Shown here piece by piece: positions 9,863 through 17,807 of a stretch of DNA of 64,000 nucleotides. The stretch is from a virus. The notes beneath the pieces were generated by a model. It saw only the letters and a program-made list of their open reading frames with translations. It ran no database searches and was not told the DNA's origin. Both the position numbers and the translations under genes were made by a program. The stretch lies in IMG/VR virus record IMGVR_UViG_3300001683_000016, positions 32,001-96,000 of that record; one strand, 5' to 3'. The stretch's first letter is position 1. Every line of letters starts with the position of its first letter.

Positions 9863-10287
9863 TCAATCATCTCCTTCTCATATACTTGAGGGTACTTTGG
9901 ATGTGTACTATACAACATCACTCTGTTGTCATTGTGAATCCAATACACATCACCGAAAGGATATACTGTTGCTTCATCAGCATTTGTATTCATATCCTGT
10001 ATGAACCATTCCCAATTCTTTTGGAACACATAGAATCCTTGTGGTAAGTGTTCATTCAGTCGTGCCTTCGTGGTGACTGTTCTCCAACCACCATCCAACA
10101 GTTCAATCCTATCTTTGTGGATAATCATAATCAAATTACCATGTAACCTGATTTCATAGGCACAGTAACAGATGTTTCCAATATATGTGCACGTGCCTCT
10201 ATGCAACCGTGTGTTGTTTCCAATGGGCTTACCCTTCTTCTTGTCTCTCGCTGTTTCCATCAGTCTTTGTGCTGTATTCCAATTCAT
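9859..10287 (-). CDS. Conserved-looking viral hypothetical protein (LHGNxI...GGWxTxTTKxRLN)
   Basis: ORF track; motif pattern familiar from phage hypothetical proteins; function unknown. Confidence 0.65.
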   Translation of the reverse strand: MNWNTAQRLMETARDKKKGKPIGNNTRLHRGTCTYIGNICYCAYEIRLHGNLIMIIHKDRIELLDGGWRTVTTKARLNEHLPQGFYVFQKNWEWFIQDMNTNADEATVYPFGDVYWIHNDNRVMLYSTHPKYPQVYEKEMIE

Positions 10288-10310
10288 TCATCATCACTCC
10301 TTTCCTATTT

Positions 10311-10333
10311 CATTCTTTGTTTAAGTAGTCAAT
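10311..10333 (-). promoter_or_regulatory. Early promoter-like motif copy 5
   Basis: cattctttgtttaagtagtcaat, extended gtttattct shared with copy 6. Confidence 0.75.
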
Positions 10334-10668
10334 GTTTATTCTCCGATGGTTATGCGTTCCATGCTAACATTCGTAGTCCATCTATCTCATCACAAAGACT
10401 GATGATTTCATCTTCATGTGTTTGTTTGTATTCATCCGTGAGAGCGATAGCATCCTTGAGGGCTTGCTTAAGCGCATGGTTCTCCTTCTTCAATCTCCAA
10501 TATCCTGCTTGAAACTTATTCATTCATCATCACCTATCTCTCGACCTCTAATCCAGTCACCAGTGTCGCTACATTCAAAACATACATTACATTCACCGTG
10601 TATTGTATGGTCGTGCCATCCTTCATCATCACCATCTACTAATCTATTACATTCATCACATCTTTCAA

Positions 10669-10896
10669 TCATTCATCATCACCTGCAATCATCTTGTAAA
10701 CATCAGGTGCAAATTCACGCATCCATGTTTTGTATCTTTGTAGTTCATGTACTTCTGTGAGCAGGTCATCGTAAATCTCTAAGTTGCGTTTCCATTGAGG
10801 CTCATCTTCTCCTATGTCTATGAAGTCAAGGAATAGTTGCCTCATGTTTTGCGCGGGAGAAAGCATCCATTCGTATATACCGCCTTCAACTAACAT
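10669..10896 (-). CDS. Small hypothetical protein
   Basis: ORF track. Confidence 0.55.
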   Translation of the reverse strand: MLVEGGIYEWMLSPAQNMRQLFLDFIDIGEDEPQWKRNLEIYDDLLTEVHELQRYKTWMREFAPDVYKMIAGDDE

Positions 10897-11111
10897 GACG
10901 ACACCACCGTAAGCACAAGGTTAGGCACATCACCCTCGTGTATTTCACAGTCACATTGAATGTTGAAGTTGGCAATCGGTATGCCATTATCACGCCCCGT
11001 CCATAAGTAGGACAAGTCAATGGGGCAGCAGCACGTTAAGCACTCCACACCAACATTGGCTAGAATGTCGTTCGTCGTTATGGCAAAGTCTGAGGTTACT
11101 ATTTCAGTCAT
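10890..11111 (-). CDS. Small Cys-containing hypothetical protein, probably leaderless
   Basis: ORF track; ATG about 25 nt downstream of the TTAAA core of promoter copy 6. Confidence 0.55.
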   Translation of the reverse strand: MTEIVTSDFAITTNDILANVGVECLTCCCPIDLSYLWTGRDNGIPIANFNIQCDCEIHEGDVPNLVLTVVSSC

Positions 11112-11122
11112 GGTACTACATT

Positions 11123-11145
11123 CATTCTTTGTTTAAGTAGTCAAT
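11123..11145 (-). promoter_or_regulatory. Early promoter-like motif copy 6
   Basis: cattctttgtttaagtagtcaat. Confidence 0.75.
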
Positions 11146-11188
11146 GTTTATTCTATCGCTCCTGTGAGAGCATGAGGGTAAAGGGTTG

Positions 11189-11302
11189 CTGTCCGAAGAT
11201 TCCGATTATTCGTTTATACGATTAGACAATTGTATTAGTACGGTAGTCTCTCTTCTATATATAATATTCTTAATGTATAGATAATACATTAGACAAGTCG
11301 GA
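11189..11302. repeat. AT-rich pseudo-palindromic element A (homologous to 23065-23148)
   Basis: Begins CTGTCCGAAGATTCCGATT...TATAC and ends TATAGATAATACATTAGACAAGTCGGA; both ends align with element B. Confidence 0.65.
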
Positions 11303-11595
11303 ATATTGCTTTCAATTATGTGAATCTGTTCTGTCCTCACGTGTGTATGTGCATATGAGCAGAATCCATACAGACTGTGCAGATTCACGGTGTGTGAATT
11401 GAAACCACCAAAATCAGTAGGCTCGCTTATGTGTGAGTGGACTGGTTGGCTGTCGCTCTCGTAGAAGAAGCAGTTTATTTTCTGAGTAGCACAGACTTAC
11501 CACCCGTATGGTTGGAGAGGATTCCGAGAGATACGCAAGGCGTATTCGAGATAAAGAATCCGAATCCAAGCCACGCGTAACGCTTACGCTAGACC

Positions 11596-11671
11596 AAAAA
11601 AAATGCCCACCCCGCGAGTGCAGGGTGAGCGTAATGGGTGCTGACCCCCTGCGAGTGTACCCGCAGAGGGC
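11596..11671 (-). terminator. Two GC-rich hairpins followed by U8 (terminator or structured 3' RNA)
   Basis: Minus strand: GCCCUCUGCGGG-UACA-CUCGCAGGGGGU, then GCUCACCCUGC-ACUC-GCGGGGUGGGC-A-UUUUUUUU; mismatches are G-U pairs only on the - strand; lies downstream of 11714-12496. Confidence 0.65.
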
Positions 11672-11713
11672 TTGTGTAATGCTACGAATCTCGTGTACTC
11701 GTGTGCTACTTGT

Positions 11714-12496
11714 TCACGATAGGAACTTAGCCATGTACGCCTTAGCGCCCTTGACTGTGCTTGCTTTGCTACCTAGTTGACGAGCCGCCGCGATGATTGC
11801 GTCGTCTGCACTCATGGCTGCATCACTTGTGATGGTGGTGTCTGCATCCACTTTCACGTATGTGCCTTGATACACGATTGCAAGTGCTAGTCTCTTTGCT
11901 TTCGTTTCTTTGTTCATCTTAAGGGTTGGCTGTCCGGTGTTCCACCAGTTAGCGCCAAAGTTGCATTTCTGAGCGCACCATAACTTTCGTGCTTTCTTCT
12001 CAGATACACATGCTCGACCTGCTCCTTCTTTGTCGGTTACGCCCTCTGCAAACCATACTCCGCCGTCTGCTTGTGCCTTAGCCAAGTCAACCTCACGCTT
12101 TGCGCTTTTGATGGCACGCTTGTCCTCTCTGCGTGCTCTGTTCAACCCGTATGCAAAGACGTTCACTTCGTTGCCTTTGTTCTTGCCACTCGTTAGAATG
12201 TGGGTCAGTTCCATGCCGTGAGCACTAGGTGTAAGACCTGATGCCGGTGACCAACCTGTACCTATGGTAGTTTGGCAAAAGCGTGCTAGTATGGCTAATG
12301 CTTGCTTAGGTGTGAGCGTGGTGTCTGCCACCTTCTCATCGTAGATGGGGTTAGGGTATGCACCTGTTACATCCCATCGCCCTATGCTCACCTTGGCTTT
12401 GCCTTTTCCTTTGCTGACAGCCATTAGGCTGCGCAAGAGCGTGGCAATACGCTCAATCATCGTTGTTTTCGCTACTGTATCATCAGTTGTCGTCAT
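11714..12496 (-). CDS. Basic Ala/Lys-rich protein, first gene of the early arm
   Basis: ORF track 11714-12523; start at MTTTDD (12496) follows GGAGG; has its own promoter and terminator. Confidence 0.75.
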   Translation of the reverse strand: MTTTDDTVAKTTMIERIATLLRSLMAVSKGKGKAKVSIGRWDVTGAYPNPIYDEKVADTTLTPKQALAILARFCQTTIGTGWSPASGLTPSAHGMELTHILTSGKNKGNEVNVFAYGLNRARREDKRAIKSAKREVDLAKAQADGGVWFAEGVTDKEGAGRACVSEKKARKLWCAQKCNFGANWWNTGQPTLKMNKETKAKRLALAIVYQGTYVKVDADTTITSDAAMSADDAIIAAARQLGSKASTVKGAKAYMAKFLS

Positions 12497-12520
12497 TTCA
12501 GATTCCTCCACACCCTCTTT

Positions 12521-12543
12521 CATTCATTGTTTAAGTAGTCAAT
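12521..12543 (-). promoter_or_regulatory. Early promoter-like motif copy 7
   Basis: cattcattgtttaagtagtcaat. Confidence 0.75.
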
Positions 12544-12577
12544 GTGGATTGAAGCCAAGAAAGAAAGAAATGGTTAG

Positions 12578-13058
12578 CATTACGCGGGTGTGCATTATGC
12601 AAAGCATTACGCCTTGTGTATAAGAAGAGGCATTTTTGCCCCAACCATACGGGTGGGGAATCCAAAGCGGTGCAAAGGGCTGGCGCTAAAGCGTGCTAAG
12701 TGTGAGGCGCGTTATGCCTAGCAGTACAGCGTTTATAGTGCCGCGACTTAGGTGCTTACGTGCATAGGTAAACGTACAAGCGTTACGCAAGGCGTAACGT
12801 GCGTTAGTCAAGCATTACGCTAGATTAACATGGCATTACGCTAAGAGCGTAATGTCCGACAGGCTCGCAGTACCCCATTACGCTAGAGCATTACGCTGGC
12901 TTAGCCGGAGCATTAGCATTACGCTATTAGCATTACGCTCTTATAGCCACACACAGCGCTTGAGCAAAAAAAATATTTTTGGTAAAAAAGCCCCTGCGTG
13001 TCTCATATATACAACAGTCAAGGTTTTAACATTACGCCAACTAAATATAACATTACGC
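12578..13058. repeat. CATTACGC iteron array with hairpins and AT tract (candidate ori, pac or terminus region)
   Basis: 10 exact + strand copies (12578, 12605, 12813, 12834, 12876, 12889, 12917, 12931, 13030, 13051), 1 reverse copy (12847), and an A/T tract at about 12966-12989, at the strand-switch point. Confidence 0.8.
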
Positions 13059-13070
13059 TGTCCGCTAATC

Positions 13071-13451
13071 ATGTCGGCGGCATTCGGTAATGCATGGAAT
13101 GTGCTCAAAGCGTTACCAAATCAGCAAGTTGAGATACCCGGTGCACGATATACTTCTCATGGGCCGCAGCCAGTAAAAACTATGCATCCGGGGATTGCTT
13201 CGTTGTTGGCGAGGAAGCCGGGTGCCAATATACAAAATCCTGATATGATTGATTCGCAAAATATGGAAATGCACATGAGTGGGGAAGAAAGGGGTGGTCC
13301 AGCGCAACTTTGGGACCCCGTTAATGAAAAAATGATAACATTACCTATGAGTGAATCGTCTATGTCTGATGTTCATATGAATGATTATGGCAAAAAGCCA
13401 AATTGGGCGCTTAACTCAGTAGGAAGATTGGCTAACGATGGTCAATCATAA
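13071..13451 (+). CDS. Tagged accessory protein 1 (MSAAFGNAWNVLK|...)
   Basis: C-terminal part of ORF 12852-13451; the ATG at 13071 begins the shared tag; TATA-like TAAATATAA about 25 nt upstream. Confidence 0.7.
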   Translation: MSAAFGNAWNVLKALPNQQVEIPGARYTSHGPQPVKTMHPGIASLLARKPGANIQNPDMIDSQNMEMHMSGEERGGPAQLWDPVNEKMITLPMSESSMSDVHMNDYGKKPNWALNSVGRLANDGQS

Positions 13452-13539
13452 GGTCCTAGATTCATTGGCGACTCATTTTTGTTCCATGTTAAAGAGTAAC
13501 GGGCGGCAGTTCAAAATAGAGTAACGCTATGTGAGGAGC

Positions 13540-14286
13540 ATGGTGGCAGCGTTCGACCAAGCGTGGGCTTTGCTGAAGGCAGTAGAGTTCGACCCTTATG
13601 CTAAGGACATAAAGGAGGCTCGCCCCTTCAAAGCATATCGTAGTATTCCGACGAAGTTCCTCGATGAGGTGCTTTCCGAAGGCATACAGCCAAGAAGTGT
13701 AGAGCCATGGACGGAAAGGATGCAGAGAAGCGGCCTCAAGCCTGAAACGAGCGCCAGCAAAGCCCATGTTTGGTCACCGAGTGACAAAGGAGTGTGGTCG
13801 TTCATGCATAAAAGAGGTGCTTTACCCAATACCAAAGGGCAACAAGAACTGAGAGAATCATGGCCTTATGCCCCTGTGAGTCATCCTGCTCTGTCTGCGC
13901 GGTATTTTGCTGATAACTTTAGTCGTCGGGCGGCAGAAATAGCAGAGACACCTGAACATATTAAAAGCAAAAAAATGCTTGATGGGGTAAAATCATCATC
14001 GACTATGCCCCCTCAGTCATTTTGGGACGAATATGCGAAACTGAATGACAATCTCCAACACTCGATAGTAGGTTCCACTATATTACCTCCGGGCAAGAGA
14101 TTCGAGGACTTGGATTGGCACAAGGGTCGTGACTATGCGACAAAACCTATACTAACGACAGACCCAATACCAGCGAGATATTTAGATGAGGCTATCCCGT
14201 TAGACTTTCAAGGAAACGAAATCCGTTATACACAAGGTAGTCGCATACCAGATAATTTTCGTAATGAATGGGGGTTTAACGAATGA
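13540..14286 (+). CDS. Tagged accessory protein 2, putative ADP-ribosyltransferase-fold domain
   Basis: MVAAFDQAWALLK tag; AYRSI...LDEVLSEGIQP, GVWSF, ARYFA, DPIPARYL parallel the ART/Tpt1-like pattern of 16473-16946. Confidence 0.55.
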   Translation: MVAAFDQAWALLKAVEFDPYAKDIKEARPFKAYRSIPTKFLDEVLSEGIQPRSVEPWTERMQRSGLKPETSASKAHVWSPSDKGVWSFMHKRGALPNTKGQQELRESWPYAPVSHPALSARYFADNFSRRAAEIAETPEHIKSKKMLDGVKSSSTMPPQSFWDEYAKLNDNLQHSIVGSTILPPGKRFEDLDWHKGRDYATKPILTTDPIPARYLDEAIPLDFQGNEIRYTQGSRIPDNFRNEWGFNE

Positions 14287-14927
14287 ACCCCTTCAACCAA
14301 GCGTGGCTTTTGCTGAAGTCCGAAATGCTGTTGTGGCCCAAACAACTCAACAATTACCGCAGCCCCGACTCTGCCAAGAGCAAGCCTGAATTGAGAATGC
14401 CGGGGCAGTTCAAGAAGCCGAGCGCAGCCGGATTCACTCAATTGTATCAGAAACCCGGTTTGGCTCGTTCATACGTGTCTCTTCCCAATATGGAACAACC
14501 GGGAAGTAGGATTGGTCTGAATAGCACTCTTAATGACCCCGCTATATCGGATAAGGACAAGGCAGGAGTCCAAGGAAGATATGATGAGCGTTTAGCCCAC
14601 AATGTGATGGGAACTGATGTACACGAGGATACGCATGTTGCGATGGATAGGATTGGGGAGACTTCGGACAATCCTTACCACAATGAGTTACCAGCCCACA
14701 TAGCAGAGACGCTTCAATTCACGAGAAGGCCGAGAGAAACGATAAACTCCAATGATGTGGTGCTTCAAGACCTCGATAGCGGCATGTCCCCTACTGAAGT
14801 CGCAGTCAAACGTGGAAAACAAGGAGCGATGATGCATCAACAGGTTAGTGGAACTGGACCCGATAATGGGATGTACACAACTGTAGGGCCGCAGAAGTTC
14901 ACCTATACGGGGGAACAGGGACAATGA
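14283..14927 (+). CDS. Tagged accessory protein 3, HExxH zincin-like metallopeptidase motif
   Basis: MNPFNQAWLLLK tag; VHEDTHVA followed by NELPA. Confidence 0.55.
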   Translation: MNPFNQAWLLLKSEMLLWPKQLNNYRSPDSAKSKPELRMPGQFKKPSAAGFTQLYQKPGLARSYVSLPNMEQPGSRIGLNSTLNDPAISDKDKAGVQGRYDERLAHNVMGTDVHEDTHVAMDRIGETSDNPYHNELPAHIAETLQFTRRPRETINSNDVVLQDLDSGMSPTEVAVKRGKQGAMMHQQVSGTGPDNGMYTTVGPQKFTYTGEQGQ

Positions 14928-15982
14928 ACCCCTTCGACCAAGCGTGGGTTTTGCTGAAACAAGAAGATAATAGAGATGAGATGATTGAAGGTGCATACCC
15001 TCACGAAACTCATTTGTGCAAACATTGTGGCTATCCCATCTATCACCATTGGCAACAAGGGCAAGGTGATGGAAGTCACCCACCGCAAGAGGTGTGGAGT
15101 GGTGAAGATGATGAAGGCGGAAACTGTTCAAGCCCAAGTGGATTTTGTGAGCCGGGAGAATCTCTCGGTAGGACATATCAAAGTGGTGAACCAATTGAGG
15201 CCACACCCGAATCGCACCCGAATCAAATCTACTTGAATGGGCGATTGGTTGATGCGAATGATTGGACAGACGAGCATGAAGCAGAAGTGAATGCTAACAA
15301 AGACCCGGAATCGGGCCAGCCGCTAGTCAATTGGAATGATACTTGGGATTGGAATAAGGATATTCAAACAGGCGAACCTATGGAAGTCGCTATGCGGTTG
15401 TTGAAGGATGATGACCCTCTGCAACATGTTGGGACATTTCTCAATCAATTAACACCGGATGATACGGGGGTTGAAAGATTAGGCGACCATACTGTTCACT
15501 TTGAAGGATTTACTGATATGTGCAATCTGTCAATCACACCTAATTGCCCTGCTGAACAATTACACCAAGAAGTGTGGGATGACTTTGATAAGCGACAAGG
15601 GCAAGAAGCCATCCATAGAGGTAAATGGGGTACGGAAGAAAACCCTACTATTTATTCTGTATATCATACACCGCAAGATGAGGTCAAAACAGGCGAACCT
15701 ATGGACATCGCCATGCGGTTGTTGAAGGGGCGTAACCTTTCACCAGCAGCACGTAAACACAAGTTGGAATACGATACAAAATACGAGTCTAACCCTAAAA
15801 GGGTCAAATATAGAGTTGACCTGAATCGTGAAAGACGGCGCAGGGGCATCTATGGTTCGGGCAACCGTAAAGATGTGAGTCATACCGAAGGTGGTAAACT
15901 CACCTTAGAAAACGAACACGATAATAGGGCTAGGCACTTTAAGGGTAAAGGCACACTTCGCAGAGTTAAGGTGAAGAAATGA
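14924..15982 (+). CDS. Tagged 3-module polyprotein-like accessory protein (Cys/His module, acidic module, basic HNH-like module)
   Basis: MNPFDQAWVLLK tag plus internal TGEPMEVAMRLLK (15368-15406) and TGEPMDIAMRLLK (15689-15727). Confidence 0.75.
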   Translation: MNPFDQAWVLLKQEDNRDEMIEGAYPHETHLCKHCGYPIYHHWQQGQGDGSHPPQEVWSGEDDEGGNCSSPSGFCEPGESLGRTYQSGEPIEATPESHPNQIYLNGRLVDANDWTDEHEAEVNANKDPESGQPLVNWNDTWDWNKDIQTGEPMEVAMRLLKDDDPLQHVGTFLNQLTPDDTGVERLGDHTVHFEGFTDMCNLSITPNCPAEQLHQEVWDDFDKRQGQEAIHRGKWGTEENPTIYSVYHTPQDEVKTGEPMDIAMRLLKGRNLSPAARKHKLEYDTKYESNPKRVKYRVDLNRERRRRGIYGSGNRKDVSHTEGGKLTLENEHDNRARHFKGKGTLRRVKVKK

Positions 15983-16476
15983 ACCCCTTCAACCAAGCGT
16001 GGCTTTTGCTGAAGGCACCCATTTATGAAACAGGTATTCCCAACATCAATTTTGTTACACAAGGCCCATTTCCAGACCCTTTTTGGAGGGAAGAGGAAAA
16101 TGTATACGGCTACGTTCCTGATGACCCAAAAGGGAATGCGTATGGCTATTATGATGAAGGAAATGAGGTTGGGGAGATTCAACATATGACACCCGGTGAA
16201 TACGGAAAAATGACTACTGGTGAGGAAAAGGGTGGTATGTATGTTGACGCATTGGGAAGAAAAAAGTCTCCAAGAGAGTCAGATGACACTTTCTATCAAG
16301 AGTTGATGGATAGGGCACAAGCGGGAGAGAACGTCAAGTTCGGTATGCCGTATGTTTTTCCCGATTTTGAGCCTGAAACATATCATGATGGGAGACATAG
16401 AATGGCTGAACTCTTCGCTCGTGGTCATGGTGATACACCCTTACCAGTCAAAGTCATGAGGGGGACTCACGGATGA
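15979..16476 (+). CDS. Tagged accessory protein with ParB/Srx-like domain
   Basis: MNPFNQAWLLLK tag; MTPGEY...MPYV...HDGRHRMA...LPVKV (ParB DGxHR motif). Confidence 0.65.
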   Translation: MNPFNQAWLLLKAPIYETGIPNINFVTQGPFPDPFWREEENVYGYVPDDPKGNAYGYYDEGNEVGEIQHMTPGEYGKMTTGEEKGGMYVDALGRKKSPRESDDTFYQELMDRAQAGENVKFGMPYVFPDFEPETYHDGRHRMAELFARGHGDTPLPVKVMRGTHG

Positions 16477-16946
16477 ACCCCTTTGACCGAGCGTGGGCTT
16501 TGCTCAAACAAGATACGCGTCAAAGTACGTTAGGTGAGTATCATCCTGATTTTCCTTCCCCATATGGCGATGTGAAGTATTACCATGGGACAACAGTAGA
16601 GCCAGCGTCGAGAATTAACTTTGAAGGGTTGAAGCCGACGGAACCTTCCACGCTAGGGTGGAATCGAAAACTAAGTGGAATGTTTCCTAAAGGTGTATAT
16701 GCAACCGATAATAAAGATGTAGCAGCCGATTATGCCCACACGAGAGGGCAAAATAGGAATCAACAGGGTCGAATATTTGGAATAAGGGAAGGGGCACCCC
16801 AACAAGCAAATCCTACAACGCCGTTAACGCCGAATGCGCCCGATAACGTATTTCGATATGACGAAAAAATACCGAGACAGTATCTTACTCCGGTAGATTA
16901 CCCAAGTGAGAAACTTGTCCCATATTTTAGGTACGGAGATGAGTGA
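16473..16946 (+). CDS. Tagged ADP-ribosyltransferase-fold protein with PIP-box-like motif
   Basis: MNPFDRAWALLK tag; RQSTLGEY; YYHGT...EGLKP...GVYAT...AADYA...IPRQYL. Confidence 0.7.
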   Translation: MNPFDRAWALLKQDTRQSTLGEYHPDFPSPYGDVKYYHGTTVEPASRINFEGLKPTEPSTLGWNRKLSGMFPKGVYATDNKDVAADYAHTRGQNRNQQGRIFGIREGAPQQANPTTPLTPNAPDNVFRYDEKIPRQYLTPVDYPSEKLVPYFRYGDE

Positions 16947-17795
16947 ATGAGTGACTTCTCCATTTACGAAGTTGGTCCACGCGACGGTCTACAGAGCGCC
17001 GACACAATAACATCAACATATGACAAAGTAACCCTGATACGAAAAATTGCTAAGGCCGGTATCAAAAATATCGAAGTTGGCTCAATGGTCAATCCTGACA
17101 GAGTTCCTAATATGGCCGATAGCGATGTGGTTTTTCTCAAGGTTCAAGATTTAGCGCCTGAGCACAATCTCGGTGTCTTAGTGCCTAATCGCAGGGGAGT
17201 TGAGAGAGGAAAGGCTGTAGGTGTGGAAAAGTTCAATATTTTTTTCTCGCCGTCCAACTTTTTCAATGTCAATAACTTCGGAAAGAGCCTAAATACGATT
17301 TTTGCTGAATATTGTGGTGCATTAGACGGAATCCGACCCGAAAACGTTAGAGTATACCTTTCTACAGCCTTTGGATGTCCCATAATAGGTGAAATACCGC
17401 AAGAAGATATGTTAAAAACCATGGAATGGGCTAATACGCTGGGTGATACTATCGTTTTGTCTGATACAATTGGCAATGCTAACCCGTCCTTAATTCGTAA
17501 AGTGATGCGTTTAACTGACAGAAAAATAGATGCTAAGATAGCACTACATCTACATCATGGATTTAGAGAGGGTAGAATGTATGATAACTTGTCTGCTGGC
17601 TTTGATTGTGGGATAACTCAGTTCGATTCAAGCATTGGTGGGATGGGCGGATGTCCGTTTATACCGGGTTCAGGGGGCAATTTAGCCACTGAACAATTAG
17701 TACGCTGGGGTAGTAAAGAGAATCTTGATTGTGGTGTTACGATTAAAGATTTAGAACCGCTAATGAAGTTTGTAAATACTAGAATAAAAGTATAG
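16947..17795 (+). CDS. hmgL: Hydroxymethylglutaryl-CoA lyase (DRE-TIM metallolyase)
   Basis: IYEVGPRDGLQ, VPNMADS, LVPNRRG, STAFGCP, LSDTIG, HLH, GGMGGCPF..G..GNLATE. Confidence 0.9.
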   Translation: MSDFSIYEVGPRDGLQSADTITSTYDKVTLIRKIAKAGIKNIEVGSMVNPDRVPNMADSDVVFLKVQDLAPEHNLGVLVPNRRGVERGKAVGVEKFNIFFSPSNFFNVNNFGKSLNTIFAEYCGALDGIRPENVRVYLSTAFGCPIIGEIPQEDMLKTMEWANTLGDTIVLSDTIGNANPSLIRKVMRLTDRKIDAKIALHLHHGFREGRMYDNLSAGFDCGITQFDSSIGGMGGCPFIPGSGGNLATEQLVRWGSKENLDCGVTIKDLEPLMKFVNTRIKV

Positions 17796-17807
17796 CGTTA
17801 ATAGCAA

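Noticed and set aside
1405-12623. Plus-strand ORFs in the left arm (e.g. 1405-1764, 7318-7815, 11508-11780)
   Set aside because: Antisense shadows of coupled minus-strand genes or non-coding DNA; no SD and no motifs.
12578-13058. CRISPR or mini-CRISPR array
   Set aside because: Repeats are only 8-9 nt with irregular spacing and both orientations; no constant repeat-spacer period and no cas genes.
12852-13070. N-terminal 73 codons of ORF 12852-13451
   Set aside because: Translates the iteron field; the tag-bearing ATG at 13071 has a TATA-like box at the expected distance.
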